From a virus, in IMG/VR virus record IMGVR_UViG_3300042502_001732, positions 32,001 to 96,000 of that record: a stretch of DNA of 64,000 nt. One strand, 5' to 3'. Both the position numbers and the translations under genes were made by a program. The notes under the pieces are model-generated. The model searched no databases and was not told the DNA's origin. It was given only the letters and a program-made list of their open reading frames with translations. The stretch's first letter is position 1, and each line of letters starts with the position of its first letter. Shown piece by piece: positions 21,254-32,288 of the stretch.

Positions 21254-21706
21254 ATGCTTCCTTTAAAAAGAGACAAAAGATTCCGTCAAGGAATTTACAA
21301 ACCAAAAAATCCTAAAAAATTTATTGGAACTACTGCAATTTATCGTAGTGGTTTAGAATGTAAGTTTTTTATGTTTTGTGACAATAATAGTAATGTTATA
21401 AAATGGGGAAGTGAAAATATAATAATACCTTACGTTTCAAAAATTGATGGAAAGTGGCACAAGTATTATGTGGATAATTATGTTGAAATAATGGAAGGAA
21501 CTAAATTAGTGAAATATTTAGTGGAAATAAAACCACACAAACAGACTTTAAAACCAGAAGCGAAGCAGGGAAAACGAAAAAGTAGTTTGCTGTATGAACA
21601 AACACAATGGATCATAAATCACGAAGGTAAATGGCCAGCAGCTAGAAAATTTTGTGAAAGTAAAGGATGGAAGTTCCTTATTTTAACAGAGAAGGAATTG
21701 AATTAA
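21254..21706 (+). CDS. head completion nuclease (gp4-like)
   Basis: QGIYKPKNP.K, YRS.LE, WGSE, VEIKP. Confidence 0.9.
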   Translation: MLPLKRDKRFRQGIYKPKNPKKFIGTTAIYRSGLECKFFMFCDNNSNVIKWGSENIIIPYVSKIDGKWHKYYVDNYVEIMEGTKLVKYLVEIKPHKQTLKPEAKQGKRKSSLLYEQTQWIINHEGKWPAARKFCESKGWKFLILTEKELN

Positions 21707-21730
21707 AAATTCTTTTAATAAATAAGATAA

Positions 21731-23719
21731 ATGAGGATTTTTACGGAAAATGTCAATTTTATCTCCACATCGGGGGATAAAAATATTCTTCAAATAGAAA
21801 ATTATGAAGAAGTATTTTTTGATGTTTATGAAATATCAATAAATGGTAAAAAATTCATTTCTGAAAAAATAGGAGAATATGAAAAAAAACCTATTGTAAA
21901 AATACCCGTGGAAATCGACGGGATTAAAAAAGAATACCCATTTATATTAAACGAAGGTAAATTTCAAATAGTGTTCAATGAACAAAATGAATTGATTCAA
22001 GAATCTGTAGAAGAAAATATTCCAGCGATAACTGAAGAATTTGATGAGGTTGAAGAATATTCCAAAGAATCGTTTGAAAAAGAACTCATAGATATTCAAG
22101 AAAAGAAAAATAAAATTCTGGAATATATAGAAAATGTTAAAAAAACTGCAAAACAGCAAACTGATGAATATAATAAAAACCAGTTAAAAATTCTAGAACA
22201 GCAAAAAGAAGAAAATAAAAAAGAATTAAAATCTTTATTGGAATCTTCTAAGCAATCATGGTTTGAAGAATTTGTCGATGTATCAGATAAAATTAAAAAA
22301 GAATTATTTGATAGATTGAATATTAATAATTCTGAAATTTATGAATCAATTGATTTGAAATTAGAAATCATTTCTGATGATTTTAAGAAATTAATTGAAG
22401 AAGATTTTTCAAATACCGAAAAAATATTTGAAAATAAAATAAAAGAATTAATAACAGAAATTTATAATAATCAGGTTATCAAAGTCATCAACGATGGTAT
22501 TGATAAAATTTCACAACAATCAGAAGTTTCTTTTGAAAATATAAAAAATGATTTTGATTTGGCTCTTTCTGAAAAAGCAACCAGCGTTGATTTAAAAAAT
22601 GTCGAAGATAAGTTAGAAACTGAAATTTTATCAGTACAAAAAGAATCAATTGAATTACACGATTTAATTTCAAAAAGCGTATCATCAAATAAAAAATCAA
22701 TAACATATATTGAAAATAAAATTGATGAAACTCAAAAAGAATTAAAAGAGAACATCATAAAAATAATTGATGAAAAGATCGAAGAAAACGAAGATAGCAT
22801 AACAACATATTACAATGAAAAACTTGACGTTGTTGAAAATAAACTTATAGATCTTTCAGACGAAAACAGACAGTATTTCATTGGATTGATAAACGAAAGC
22901 AGAGATAATCTCTTAAAAGAAATCAAATCCATTAAAGAAAATAAAGCAATAGAATATATTGTTGAAAATAAAAAAACTGGGGAAAAGAAAGAAATTGATA
23001 TTAATTCAATAAAAAGCGATCTCCAGAAAGAAATATCAAATAAAATCTCAAATGAGATAATCTCTCTTAGAAAATATACAGCATATCATGGCGGCGGTGG
23101 AGGTACTGTAGCTCAACAATTTGCAGATGGTGGAACCATGAACGGATCATTGAATATCAATGGTCAAATATTAAGTGGTGGTGTTGATATAGCTACATTA
23201 TTTACAATTGGGGGAACTTCAAATTTCGCAACTTATGATTTTGTAAATAATAATTTTTTAAATTTATCAGGAGGTATAATTACTGGAAGTACACGCTTCA
23301 ACAGTAATGTAACAATTTACGGTAATCTTACCGCTACTGGCACTACAACATTTAACAATACGATATTCTCTGTTACAAGTGCATTAAGTGTTGTTCATAT
23401 AGGTGAGGGTCCAGCAGTGTGGGTAGGTAATAGCGGCCTTGGTGATATAGCTTCTTTCAATGATATAGATACAGGGCTTGAAGTATTACACGTTGGCGGT
23501 AGTAACGGCGCATTCCCCAATGTCGGCGTAAAGACTAGTACACCTAATGTTGATTTTACGGTTAATGGTCAAATTAGCGCTTCCAATACAATTTGGAGTT
23601 CTGGTGGTAATTCTAATAACTGGAATAGTACTTATAGTATGGTAAACGCTTTAAGTGCTACATGGAGTTTAGGTCCTGATGACTCAAATACAATTATAGG
23701 TCTTTCAATCTTTTTATAA
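21731..23719 (+). CDS. coiled-coil protein with fibre-like C-terminus
   Basis: Long E/K-rich coiled coil, GGGGG linker, then GGTMNGSL fibre repeats. Confidence 0.55.
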   Translation: MRIFTENVNFISTSGDKNILQIENYEEVFFDVYEISINGKKFISEKIGEYEKKPIVKIPVEIDGIKKEYPFILNEGKFQIVFNEQNELIQESVEENIPAITEEFDEVEEYSKESFEKELIDIQEKKNKILEYIENVKKTAKQQTDEYNKNQLKILEQQKEENKKELKSLLESSKQSWFEEFVDVSDKIKKELFDRLNINNSEIYESIDLKLEIISDDFKKLIEEDFSNTEKIFENKIKELITEIYNNQVIKVINDGIDKISQQSEVSFENIKNDFDLALSEKATSVDLKNVEDKLETEILSVQKESIELHDLISKSVSSNKKSITYIENKIDETQKELKENIIKIIDEKIEENEDSITTYYNEKLDVVENKLIDLSDENRQYFIGLINESRDNLLKEIKSIKENKAIEYIVENKKTGEKKEIDINSIKSDLQKEISNKISNEIISLRKYTAYHGGGGGTVAQQFADGGTMNGSLNINGQILSGGVDIATLFTIGGTSNFATYDFVNNNFLNLSGGIITGSTRFNSNVTIYGNLTATGTTTFNNTIFSVTSALSVVHIGEGPAVWVGNSGLGDIASFNDIDTGLEVLHVGGSNGAFPNVGVKTSTPNVDFTVNGQISASNTIWSSGGNSNNWNSTYSMVNALSATWSLGPDDSNTIIGLSIFL

Positions 23720-23736
23720 AAAAAATAAATAAAATC

Positions 23737-24102
23737 ATGGCAACATATACAAAGCAATTATTATCACAAAGCACAAATGGCAAGTCTATTGTTATAGCTG
23801 CCAGTGGTGCTAACACTACAACAATACACACAACACAAGCATCATCAAGTGTAGTTGATGAGGTGTGGTTATACGCTACAAACTCTACAACATCAGATAT
23901 AATGTTTAATTTATTATATGGAGGTACAGATTTTTCAACTGATATTTTATTTGAAGGTGTTATTGAGGCTTATGCTGGAAATACATTAATCTGCCCTGGT
24001 TTAATTTTACAAGGAGATGGAACTACGGGATCTTCTATATATGGAAATGCTAGTGTATTGAGTGGCATTAATGTTTTTGGCTATGTAAATAGGATAAGTT
24101 AA
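23737..24102 (+). CDS. hypothetical virion protein
   Basis: 121 aa, TAAATA upstream. Confidence 0.55.
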   Translation: MATYTKQLLSQSTNGKSIVIAASGANTTTIHTTQASSSVVDEVWLYATNSTTSDIMFNLLYGGTDFSTDILFEGVIEAYAGNTLICPGLILQGDGTTGSSIYGNASVLSGINVFGYVNRIS

Positions 24103-24103
24103 T

Positions 24104-26773
24104 ATGAGTATTCGTTACGGAAATAAAGTTGGACCGTTAGTCTCACGTAAGTCTTCTTTTTTTAAAAAGGATAGATTTGATCGACTGCGTATAAAACAAC
24201 CAACAGCAGCAGCAACTCCAGCCACACCGTCTCCATGGGTTCGTCCTGCTGATTGGTTGACAATGCCGACTATAATATCTTCAGAGCAAAAAATAGCTTT
24301 GTTGATGCCAGTGTTTCCGCAACAATCTAACTTTCTCGCTTTTACAATATCTGGAGCATATACAGTTGATTGGGGTGATGGTGTAACAGAAAATGTTGCA
24401 TCTGGTGTTAAAGCTCAACATGAATACTCTTATACCGACCCAGATTTAAATGCCACCGTTGCAAGTGATGGTTATAAAATGGCAGTTGTAGTCATTACTC
24501 CTCAAGCTGGTCAAAATATAACAAGTGTAAACTTTAACCAAAAGTATGCACAAGCAGGATCTACATTTCCCGATTCATCTCCTATATTAGAAATAGCTTT
24601 ATCTTGCCCAAGTTTAACAGGTTTAACTCTTGGTAATACAACCGCTTCTTTGGCTTTTTGTAAAAATTTAGTTAGTTTCACTGGAGTCAATATAGGATTA
24701 TTAACTGACTTATCTAGTTCATTTGCAAATTTAGTTTCATTAAAAAATGTATCTTTTAATGATCTTACTAATATTACTAATATGAGTAGTATGTTTCGGA
24801 GTTGCTCTTCTCTTACAACAGTACCGCTTTTTAATACAGAGAATGTTATTAATATGACTAGTATGTTTCAGAGTTGCACTGCTCTTACAAGCGTACCTCT
24901 GTTTAATACATCAGCTGTTACTAGTATGAGTGGTATGTTTAGTAGTTGCACTGCTCTTACAAGCGTACCTCTGTTTAATACATCAGCTGTTACTAGTATG
25001 AGTAGTATGTTTAATGGCTGCACTACTCTTACAACTGTACCGCTTTTTAATACAGGGGCCGTTACTAATATGGGTAGTATGTTTAATAGTTGTACTACTC
25101 TTACAACTGTACCGCTTTTTAATACAGGGGCCGTTACTAATATGGGTAGTATGTTTGCCTCTTGTTCCCGTCTTCAGACTGTACCATTATTTAACACGCA
25201 AAATGTTACTACTATGGGAGGTGCTTTTCCACCAAATGGAATGTTTTCTGGCTGTAGATCACTTATAACTGTACCACTATTCAATACAGTAGCTGTTACT
25301 GATATGGGTGGTATGTTTTTTAGTTGCTTTTCTCTTACAAGTGTACCGCTTTTTAATACAGTAGCTGTTACTAGGATGTCTTTTATGTTTGCTAGTTGTT
25401 CCTCACTTACAAGTGTACCACTATTCAATACAGCAGCTGTACAATTCATAAATAATATGTTTGCTAGTTGTTCCTCACTTACAACTGTACCACTATTCAA
25501 TACAGCAGCTGTTACTAATATGAATAGTATGTTTAATAGTTGCACTACTCTTACAACCGTACCGTTATTCAATACATCAGCTGCTACTGATATGGGTAGT
25601 ATGTTTTCTAGTTGCACTACTCTTACAACCGTACCGTTATTCAATACAGTAGCTGTTACTAGTATGAGTGGTATGTTTAGTAGTTGCACTGCTCTTACAA
25701 GCGTACCGTTATTCAATACAGTAGCTGTTACTAGTATGAGTAGTATGTTTAGTAGTTGCACTGCTCTTACAAGCGTACCTCTGTTTAATACATCAGCCGT
25801 ACAATTGATGAATAGTATGTTTAGTGGTTGCTCTTCTCTTACAAGTGTACCGTTATTCAATACAGCAGCTGTTACTAATATGAATAGTATGTTTTCTAAT
25901 TGCACTACTCTTACAAGTGTACCTCTGTTTAATACAGCAGCTGTTATTGATATGTCTAGTATGTTTAATGGTTGTACTTCTCTTACAACTGTACCACTGT
26001 TTAATACAGCAGCTGTTACTAGTATGAGTAATATGTTTAACGGTTGTACTTCTCTTACAACTGTACCGTTATTAATTTCAGGTGCTGGAACAAATACAGG
26101 AAAGTTTGGTGGTATTTTTGCAAGTTGTATATCACTTACAAGAGCAGCATTGAATGGTTCTGAATATTCAATAAGTTATAGTGGTTGTAAATTATCAAAA
26201 GAAGAATTAGAATCTATATTCAATTATCTAGACACAATAGGTGCTGCTTCTCAAACAATAACAGTATCAAATAATTGGGGAGCGCCGACACCTGTAACTC
26301 TTACAGGAACTACAACTGTTGGTAGCACAACAATAAGCATGGCAAACACCACTGGTATTGCTGTAGGTATGCAAATTACAGGAACAGGATCACCTCTTAC
26401 ATCAACTAGAGCAGTAACATTTACCGATGCAGGTGATTTAGTCAACCTTGCAAGTCATGGATTAAGTAATGGAGATGAAGTTTCTTTTGCAACTAGAGTA
26501 ACAACGACTGGTATTGTTATTAATACGATTTATTATGTAGTTAATGCTACGGCAGGTACATTTCAAGTAGCAGCAACTCTAGGTGGTCCAGCATTAGCAT
26601 TAACGACAAACGGTTCTGGAACCTTACGCTATCGTACACAGGTTGTATCAATTAACCCCAACGTAAGCATCACAGTATCACGACAAATGGCTGCGGGGGG
26701 TGCAAATAGTTTAACATTTAGACAATTAAGAACTGGAACAGCCCTATTAAAAGGCTGGGCAGTAACAGCATAA
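24104..26773 (+). CDS. BspA/DUF285 leucine-rich-repeat protein, putative adhesin/receptor-binding
   Basis: About 20 x 22-aa repeat VPLFNT.AVT.M..MF..C..LT; YTVDWGDG N-terminal motif. Confidence 0.85.
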   Translation: MSIRYGNKVGPLVSRKSSFFKKDRFDRLRIKQPTAAATPATPSPWVRPADWLTMPTIISSEQKIALLMPVFPQQSNFLAFTISGAYTVDWGDGVTENVASGVKAQHEYSYTDPDLNATVASDGYKMAVVVITPQAGQNITSVNFNQKYAQAGSTFPDSSPILEIALSCPSLTGLTLGNTTASLAFCKNLVSFTGVNIGLLTDLSSSFANLVSLKNVSFNDLTNITNMSSMFRSCSSLTTVPLFNTENVINMTSMFQSCTALTSVPLFNTSAVTSMSGMFSSCTALTSVPLFNTSAVTSMSSMFNGCTTLTTVPLFNTGAVTNMGSMFNSCTTLTTVPLFNTGAVTNMGSMFASCSRLQTVPLFNTQNVTTMGGAFPPNGMFSGCRSLITVPLFNTVAVTDMGGMFFSCFSLTSVPLFNTVAVTRMSFMFASCSSLTSVPLFNTAAVQFINNMFASCSSLTTVPLFNTAAVTNMNSMFNSCTTLTTVPLFNTSAATDMGSMFSSCTTLTTVPLFNTVAVTSMSGMFSSCTALTSVPLFNTVAVTSMSSMFSSCTALTSVPLFNTSAVQLMNSMFSGCSSLTSVPLFNTAAVTNMNSMFSNCTTLTSVPLFNTAAVIDMSSMFNGCTSLTTVPLFNTAAVTSMSNMFNGCTSLTTVPLLISGAGTNTGKFGGIFASCISLTRAALNGSEYSISYSGCKLSKEELESIFNYLDTIGAASQTITVSNNWGAPTPVTLTGTTTVGSTTISMANTTGIAVGMQITGTGSPLTSTRAVTFTDAGDLVNLASHGLSNGDEVSFATRVTTTGIVINTIYYVVNATAGTFQVAATLGGPALALTTNGSGTLRYRTQVVSINPNVSITVSRQMAAGGANSLTFRQLRTGTALLKGWAVTA
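24770..26070 (+). repeat. 66-bp coding tandem repeat
   Basis: Recurrent GTACC.(T/C)T.TT(T/C)AATACAG..GCTGTTACTA.TATG..TAGTATGTTT every 66 bp. Confidence 0.9.
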
Positions 26774-26777
26774 TTTT

Positions 26778-26969
26778 ATGACATCAGGATTTTACAAAAA
26801 AGATAATGAGGAACTTTTCTATGCTCCAAACATAGTAGAAGGAAATGGGTTTGTGTTAGTAGCTCAAGACAAAGATCAATATGAATATCCAGTAGATGGA
26901 TGGTATTGGTTTGATAGTGAAGATGAAGCAGAAGAGGTTTTCAATATTTTTAATGAAAACAAAGTGTAA
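26778..26969 (+). CDS. hypothetical protein
   Basis: 63 aa, YPVDGWYWF motif, directly after the repeat protein. Confidence 0.6.
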   Translation: MTSGFYKKDNEELFYAPNIVEGNGFVLVAQDKDQYEYPVDGWYWFDSEDEAEEVFNIFNENKV

Positions 26970-27026
26970 ATTAATAAAGATATTAATAATATTAGATTTT
27001 TTATAATAAAAAGATAAATAATTTAT

Positions 27027-27692
27027 ATGTTAAAATTAAGATTGATTGCGGAGAACCCAGACCTCTTAGAAAGATTTGAAATTGTTGAAGAACAAGACAA
27101 TTTAAAAAAAGGCAGCTCTTTATATGTAAAAGGTCCATTCATAGGATGTAATCAAGTTAATAAAAATCGTCGCATGTATAATTTAGATGAAACACGCGAA
27201 GAAGTTAATCGTTATATCAGTGAAATGGTAACTCCTGGCAGAGCTATGGGAGAACTCAATCATCCATCAAGTGCTGAAGTTAATCTTGAAAGAGCATGTC
27301 ATTTAGTCACTGAACTTTATGAAAGCGACAATGCTTTTTTCGGCAAAGCTAAAGTTTTATCTACACCAATGGGTCAAATTTTAAGAGCATTGATAAATGA
27401 TGGTGTTAAAGTTGGAATGTCCACAAGAGCATTGGGATCATTGCAAGAAGAATCATCATACAATCTTGTAAAAAACATGAAGCTCGTAGCTATTGATGCA
27501 GTAGCAGATCCATCATTTCCAAAAGCATTTGTTAATGGTATTTTAGAATCAAAACAATGGGTAGTTTCTGATAATGGCAAGTATGAAGAAATTTATGAAA
27601 ATTTTGAAAAATCAATAGGTAAATTACCTAAACATGATATGGGTTCTTATCTTAAAGATCAAATTTTAAAATTTATTAATTCACTTAGTTAA
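27027..27692 (+). CDS. prohead core protease (gp21-like)
   Basis: NKNRRMY, GELNHP, GMSTRALGS, DAVADPS. Confidence 0.95.
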   Translation: MLKLRLIAENPDLLERFEIVEEQDNLKKGSSLYVKGPFIGCNQVNKNRRMYNLDETREEVNRYISEMVTPGRAMGELNHPSSAEVNLERACHLVTELYESDNAFFGKAKVLSTPMGQILRALINDGVKVGMSTRALGSLQEESSYNLVKNMKLVAIDAVADPSFPKAFVNGILESKQWVVSDNGKYEEIYENFEKSIGKLPKHDMGSYLKDQILKFINSLS

Positions 27693-27700
27693 ATACTGTT

Positions 27701-28186
27701 ATGCCATTAAAAAAAGGATCATCAGATAAAACAATTTCCGCTAATATAGCAACGGAAATGAAATCTTATAAAAAGACTGGAAAGATCGGAACATCTAAAC
27801 CAAAGTCAGACAAAGCTGCTCAAAAGCAAGCAGTTGCTATTGCATACTCCAAAGCTGGTAAAAGCAAAAAGAAAAAAGAAAAACCAGAAGAAGATGCTGA
27901 ATCCGTTGTCAAGCAAATGAAAAAAAATAACGGAAAGATGTCATTTAAAGGTCCAAAAACAAAAGAACGTAAACATTCTGCACCTCCTGTTAAAGTACAT
28001 AAAACCAAGAAAGGTAAAGGATCTTACAACAGAAATCAAGAATTGCACGAAAATAATGACATTACTGCATTTATTAATTGTATTTTTGAAAAAAATTACA
28101 ACGCTGCGAATAAATATTTAACAGACGTTCTTAATTCAAAGATACAACAACGTATTGAGAATGAACTATCAACTCCCTTATTCTAA
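27701..28186 (+). CDS. basic prohead-core-region protein
   Basis: MPLKKGSS..TIS.NI, KQAVAIAYSKAG; lies between gp21 and gp22. Confidence 0.55.
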   Translation: MPLKKGSSDKTISANIATEMKSYKKTGKIGTSKPKSDKAAQKQAVAIAYSKAGKSKKKKEKPEEDAESVVKQMKKNNGKMSFKGPKTKERKHSAPPVKVHKTKKGKGSYNRNQELHENNDITAFINCIFEKNYNAANKYLTDVLNSKIQQRIENELSTPLF

Positions 28187-28189
28187 TTT

Positions 28190-29065
28190 ATGAAAATAAC
28201 AGATCTATTAAACGAAGAAGTCGTAAGCGTAATCGGTGAAGAATCACTAGTTGCAATTCAAGAAGCTTTTGAAAAGAAAGTTGAATTAACAACCGAAGCA
28301 GCGCTTATATCACAAGACGAAGTTTATGCTGAAAAACTTGATCAACTTATTCAAGCAATTGATAAAGATCATAGTACAAAGATGAAGAGAGTTGTAGAAG
28401 CTGTTGATGCTGACAGAACTCAAAAACTTCTTAAAGTTGTCAACAAATACGAAAGAGCGTTGAACGAAGATTCAGCTACTTTCAAAAAGCAAATGGTAGG
28501 TGCAGTTAGTGCATATCTTGATGAGTTTTTAGAAGAATCAATTTCAAAAGAAGATTTAGCAACTGCTGTTAAAAACAAAAGCGCATATAATGTTTTAGAA
28601 AAACTTCGCGGTGTTTTAGCTGTTGATTCAGTATTAATGAAAGAGTCTGTTCAAGAAGCTGTTCTTGACGGCAAGACTCAAATTGATAATCTTCAATCTG
28701 AAAATTCAGAATTGAAAAAGCAACTTTCATCATTGCAAGAAAGCTTCAACAATATTAGAGTCAATGCTTTAATTGAAGAGAAAATTTCCAATATGGAAAC
28801 TGAGAAAAAGTCTTTCATAAGAAAGACTCTCAAAGACAAATCATTCGATTTCGTTAATGAAAATTTTGATTATGTTTCTCGTCTTTTTGATAAAAAAGAA
28901 AAAGAAAAAATCAAATCAATCACCGAAGAAGCAAAACAAAAGAAAATGGATGTAGATTTCATTCCAGAATATCAGAAAGTTGTTTCAGAAAGTGTAAATA
29001 ATACAACCGATGATTCATACAACAGCTATGTTGAAGAATTATCAAAAGTTTTCGGTAAGAGATAA
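28190..29065 (+). CDS. prohead scaffold (gp22-like)
   Basis: Acidic coiled coil directly upstream of major capsid. Confidence 0.75.
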   Translation: MKITDLLNEEVVSVIGEESLVAIQEAFEKKVELTTEAALISQDEVYAEKLDQLIQAIDKDHSTKMKRVVEAVDADRTQKLLKVVNKYERALNEDSATFKKQMVGAVSAYLDEFLEESISKEDLATAVKNKSAYNVLEKLRGVLAVDSVLMKESVQEAVLDGKTQIDNLQSENSELKKQLSSLQESFNNIRVNALIEEKISNMETEKKSFIRKTLKDKSFDFVNENFDYVSRLFDKKEKEKIKSITEEAKQKKMDVDFIPEYQKVVSESVNNTTDDSYNSYVEELSKVFGKR

Positions 29066-29129
29066 TTTTCACCAAGAACCATGAGGTCTTATGACCTGAA
29101 TATAGAAACAGAAAATATACGTAAAACAT

Positions 29130-30581
29130 ATGAAACCTAATTCCCCAGTTAACGAAAGCAGAACTGACGCTCTTGTAAAGAAGTGGTCAAAGGTTCTGGA
29201 TTATAGCAGCAATGCTATCCCAGCAATCCGCGACGAGCACACTTACAGAACTACAGCTATGCTTCTCGAAAACCAAGAACAATGGTGCATCCAAGAAGCG
29301 AATACTGGTACTGGTATCTTTGGCGCTACTGGCGCTCAAGGCCCATCAACCATTCCTAACACTGACGGTTATGCCGCTGGTGATAGTCGCCTTCCAAAGA
29401 TTCTCATTCCTATGATCCGCCGTACTTTTCCTGAGTTGATTTCCAACGAAATTGTTGGTGTTCAGCCAATGGGTGGTCCAGTTGGACTTGCTTTCGCCCT
29501 TCGTTATGCCTATCAGCAAGAGACTCTCGGTGCTGATGGTGTCGATGGTCGTGCATTTGATACTGCTAACCGCGCTAATGGCACTGCTTACCTTTCTGGT
29601 GCAGACGGCCTGAACGCTACCGAACTTGGTTATCAACTTCTTGACACACGATTCACAGGTACTTCTTCAAGTGCTCTCTCTGGTAACGGAGAGTGGACAT
29701 TTGCAGATGCAGACCGTGGTGTTGCAGAACTTCTTTCAAACTACGAACTGACAGGTAAAATCCCTCAGATCGAGATGAAGTTCGAAAAGACCGCTGTCGA
29801 AGCTGGAACTCGCAGACTTGCTACTCGCTGGTCTGTTGAGCTTGAGCAAGACCTTAAGAACATGCAAGGTATCGATATCGACGGTGAACTCACTAATGCT
29901 ATGTCATATGAGATTCAAGCCGAAATCGACCGTGAGGTTGTGATTCGTATGATTCAGTCCGCCATGAATGGTGGATTCGGGGCTGGTTACTCCTTCTGGA
30001 GCCCAGTAAGTTCAGACGGTCGTTGGACTGCAGAGCGTAATATCACTTTCTATCAAAAGCTACTCATCGAAGCTGGTCGTATGGCCGCTCGTAACCGTAG
30101 AGGCGCTGCTAACTTTGTTATCGCAACTCCTCGCGTTTGCACCATCCTTGAAATGCTTCCTGACTTCAAGACATTTGAAATCACTGGAAACGTTACAACC
30201 GCTGGTGTCGGAGTATCCAAGGTAGGAACTGTAGGAAGCCGCTTCACAGTATATCGTGATACACGTACCGAAGTACAAAATCAAACTCTCTATTCACCGA
30301 ACTACTATCGCAATAGTCCAAATTCTGGACAAGGCGTTGAGTATGCTCTTCTTGGATATAAGGGTTCTGAGTACTACGACACTGGTATCATCTATTGTCC
30401 TTACATTCCGATCATGGTTCAAAGAACCATCGGACCAAATGATTTCGCTCCTCGCGTTGGTCTCATGACCCGTTATGGAATCGTTAATAATATCTTTGGT
30501 GCGAATCTTTATTACCATCTGATCATTGTTAAAGGTCTTGGTGCAGCATTTACTCCTGGTACAGTTTCCACATACTTATAA
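29130..30581 (+). CDS. major capsid protein (gp23-like)
   Basis: LLENQE, VGVQPMGGPVGLAFALR, ELEQDLKNMQGID, YCPYIP, MTRYG. Confidence 0.97.
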   Translation: MKPNSPVNESRTDALVKKWSKVLDYSSNAIPAIRDEHTYRTTAMLLENQEQWCIQEANTGTGIFGATGAQGPSTIPNTDGYAAGDSRLPKILIPMIRRTFPELISNEIVGVQPMGGPVGLAFALRYAYQQETLGADGVDGRAFDTANRANGTAYLSGADGLNATELGYQLLDTRFTGTSSSALSGNGEWTFADADRGVAELLSNYELTGKIPQIEMKFEKTAVEAGTRRLATRWSVELEQDLKNMQGIDIDGELTNAMSYEIQAEIDREVVIRMIQSAMNGGFGAGYSFWSPVSSDGRWTAERNITFYQKLLIEAGRMAARNRRGAANFVIATPRVCTILEMLPDFKTFEITGNVTTAGVGVSKVGTVGSRFTVYRDTRTEVQNQTLYSPNYYRNSPNSGQGVEYALLGYKGSEYYDTGIIYCPYIPIMVQRTIGPNDFAPRVGLMTRYGIVNNIFGANLYYHLIIVKGLGAAFTPGTVSTYL

Positions 30582-30619
30582 TGTGAACTGACTGAAGTAA
30601 GTACTTCAAAAAGTCTATC

Positions 30620-30655
30620 AAACCATGGGGGCCGAAGACCCCATGGTTTCTTTTT
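30620..30655 (+). terminator. intrinsic terminator after capsid gene
   Basis: AAACCATGGGG/CCCCATGGTTT stem plus T-tract. Confidence 0.85.
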
Positions 30656-30703
30656 ATATATTTAATAATTGACAATATATTTGGATGTAATATAAATAAT
30701 TAT

Positions 30704-32254
30704 ATGGATATAAAAACTATCATTCAAAAAGAATCTGATGAAAAGTACAATGGATCTTTTAGATTTTTCAAAGAACAAAACTTAAAAAAGTTGGTAAGTG
30801 AAAAGGGATTTAAATATATCAAATCTAAAATTTCTGAAGATTTACATTTTCCTATATCTTTAATGGTATATTGTTTTGTGAATGACATATACAAACATCC
30901 CACATGTGTCTGCGGAAATAAACAAAAATTCAACACTGCTAAAAAAGAATTTTCAAAATATTGTTCTAATAAATGTAGATATGAAAATTTTTCAGATATT
31001 ATATCTGTTAGACAGCAAACAAATTTAAAAAAGTACGGATCTACTAATGTATTAGCCAGTGAATATGGTAAGAAAAAAATATTAGAAACTAACTTATCAA
31101 AATACGGTGTTTCTAATTACACAAAAACTAAAGAATTTAAAGAAAAAGTTAAAGGTAAAAGTAATTTAACTTCCGATGGTAAGAAAATGTTAATTGAAAA
31201 AATAAAAAGAAAACATTACGATTCCATTTTTACAAAGTATACAAATTTTATTCCATTGTTTAAATTTGAAGAATATGATGGAGTAAAAGGATATAAAAAA
31301 TATCCATGGTTTTGTAAAACATGTAACTCTAATTTTATATCATCTTTTGATAATGGTTGTGCTCCTATATGTGATAATTGCAAACCTAAAGGAACAGATT
31401 TAGAAATATTCATTAAGAAGTTTTTGGATAAATATAAAATTGAATATATATTCAGATATAGAAAATTAGAATCTGGAAGAGAAATTGATTTTTACATACC
31501 TTCTAAGAATTTAGGAATAGAAACCAGCGGATTATATTGGCATTCAACTGCAAATAAAACATATTCAAAAAATGATCATATTTCTAAATTAGAAGAATGT
31601 GAACATCAAGGAATAAATTTAATAAATATTTTCGCTGATGAAATTTATAACAAACCTAAAATTGTAATTAATAGATTAAAAAGTAAATTAAGTCTTGTAA
31701 AAAGAAAAATACCAGCCAGAAAATGTCAAGTTGGAAAAATTAGTAATATTCAATGTGAACATTTTTTAAAAAAATATCACATACAAGGAAGTATCAAAAC
31801 AAATATTAAATATGGCTTGTTTTATAAAACTCGTTTAGTTGCAGTTATGACATTTAACAAAGGAAGATTAGCAACTGGTAACAAATCAATAAATGGAATT
31901 TTTGAGCTTGGTAGATATGCAACAATAGCCAATTTTAATATTGTTGGAGGTGCTGGTAAATTATTATCTTTTTTCAAAAATCAACACAGTCCAGAAAAAA
32001 TTTATTCATATGCAGATAGAAGATGGAGCAATGGTAATCTTTATAAAAAATTGAATTTTAAATTAGATAAAGCAACTATTCCTAATTACTGGTATGTGAA
32101 AGATTTCAAAAACAGACTACATAGATTAAAATTTCAAAAAAATAATTTAAAACATTTTTTAAATTATGATGAACAAAAAACTGAAGAAATGATAATGAAA
32201 GAGTCTAAATTTTATAAAATATGGGATTGTGGATCTTTATTATTCATCTTATAA
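30704..32254 (+). CDS. Hef-like homing endonuclease (Zn-ribbon plus PD-(D/E)xK domain)
   Basis: CVCG/YCSNKC, EIDFYIPSKNLGIE.SGLYWHS, SYADRRWS.G..Y, IWDCG. Confidence 0.75.
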   Translation: MDIKTIIQKESDEKYNGSFRFFKEQNLKKLVSEKGFKYIKSKISEDLHFPISLMVYCFVNDIYKHPTCVCGNKQKFNTAKKEFSKYCSNKCRYENFSDIISVRQQTNLKKYGSTNVLASEYGKKKILETNLSKYGVSNYTKTKEFKEKVKGKSNLTSDGKKMLIEKIKRKHYDSIFTKYTNFIPLFKFEEYDGVKGYKKYPWFCKTCNSNFISSFDNGCAPICDNCKPKGTDLEIFIKKFLDKYKIEYIFRYRKLESGREIDFYIPSKNLGIETSGLYWHSTANKTYSKNDHISKLEECEHQGINLINIFADEIYNKPKIVINRLKSKLSLVKRKIPARKCQVGKISNIQCEHFLKKYHIQGSIKTNIKYGLFYKTRLVAVMTFNKGRLATGNKSINGIFELGRYATIANFNIVGGAGKLLSFFKNQHSPEKIYSYADRRWSNGNLYKKLNFKLDKATIPNYWYVKDFKNRLHRLKFQKNNLKHFLNYDEQKTEEMIMKESKFYKIWDCGSLLFIL

Positions 32255-32288
32255 TATAAAAATTAAAAACAAATAACTAAATAATATT

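Noticed and set aside
25174-25905. 243-aa antisense ORF and other shadow ORFs in the track
   Set aside because: Reverse-frame by-products of repeats or strong genes on the other strand, with no motifs or promoters.
24104-26773. Diversity-generating retroelement target
   Set aside because: No reverse transcriptase and no non-coding template repeat with adenine-specific mismatches seen in this window; repeats are in-frame and tandem.
30582-32288. Group I intron around the Hef-like endonuclease
   Set aside because: The capsid gene is complete with its own terminator; the endonuclease is free-standing.
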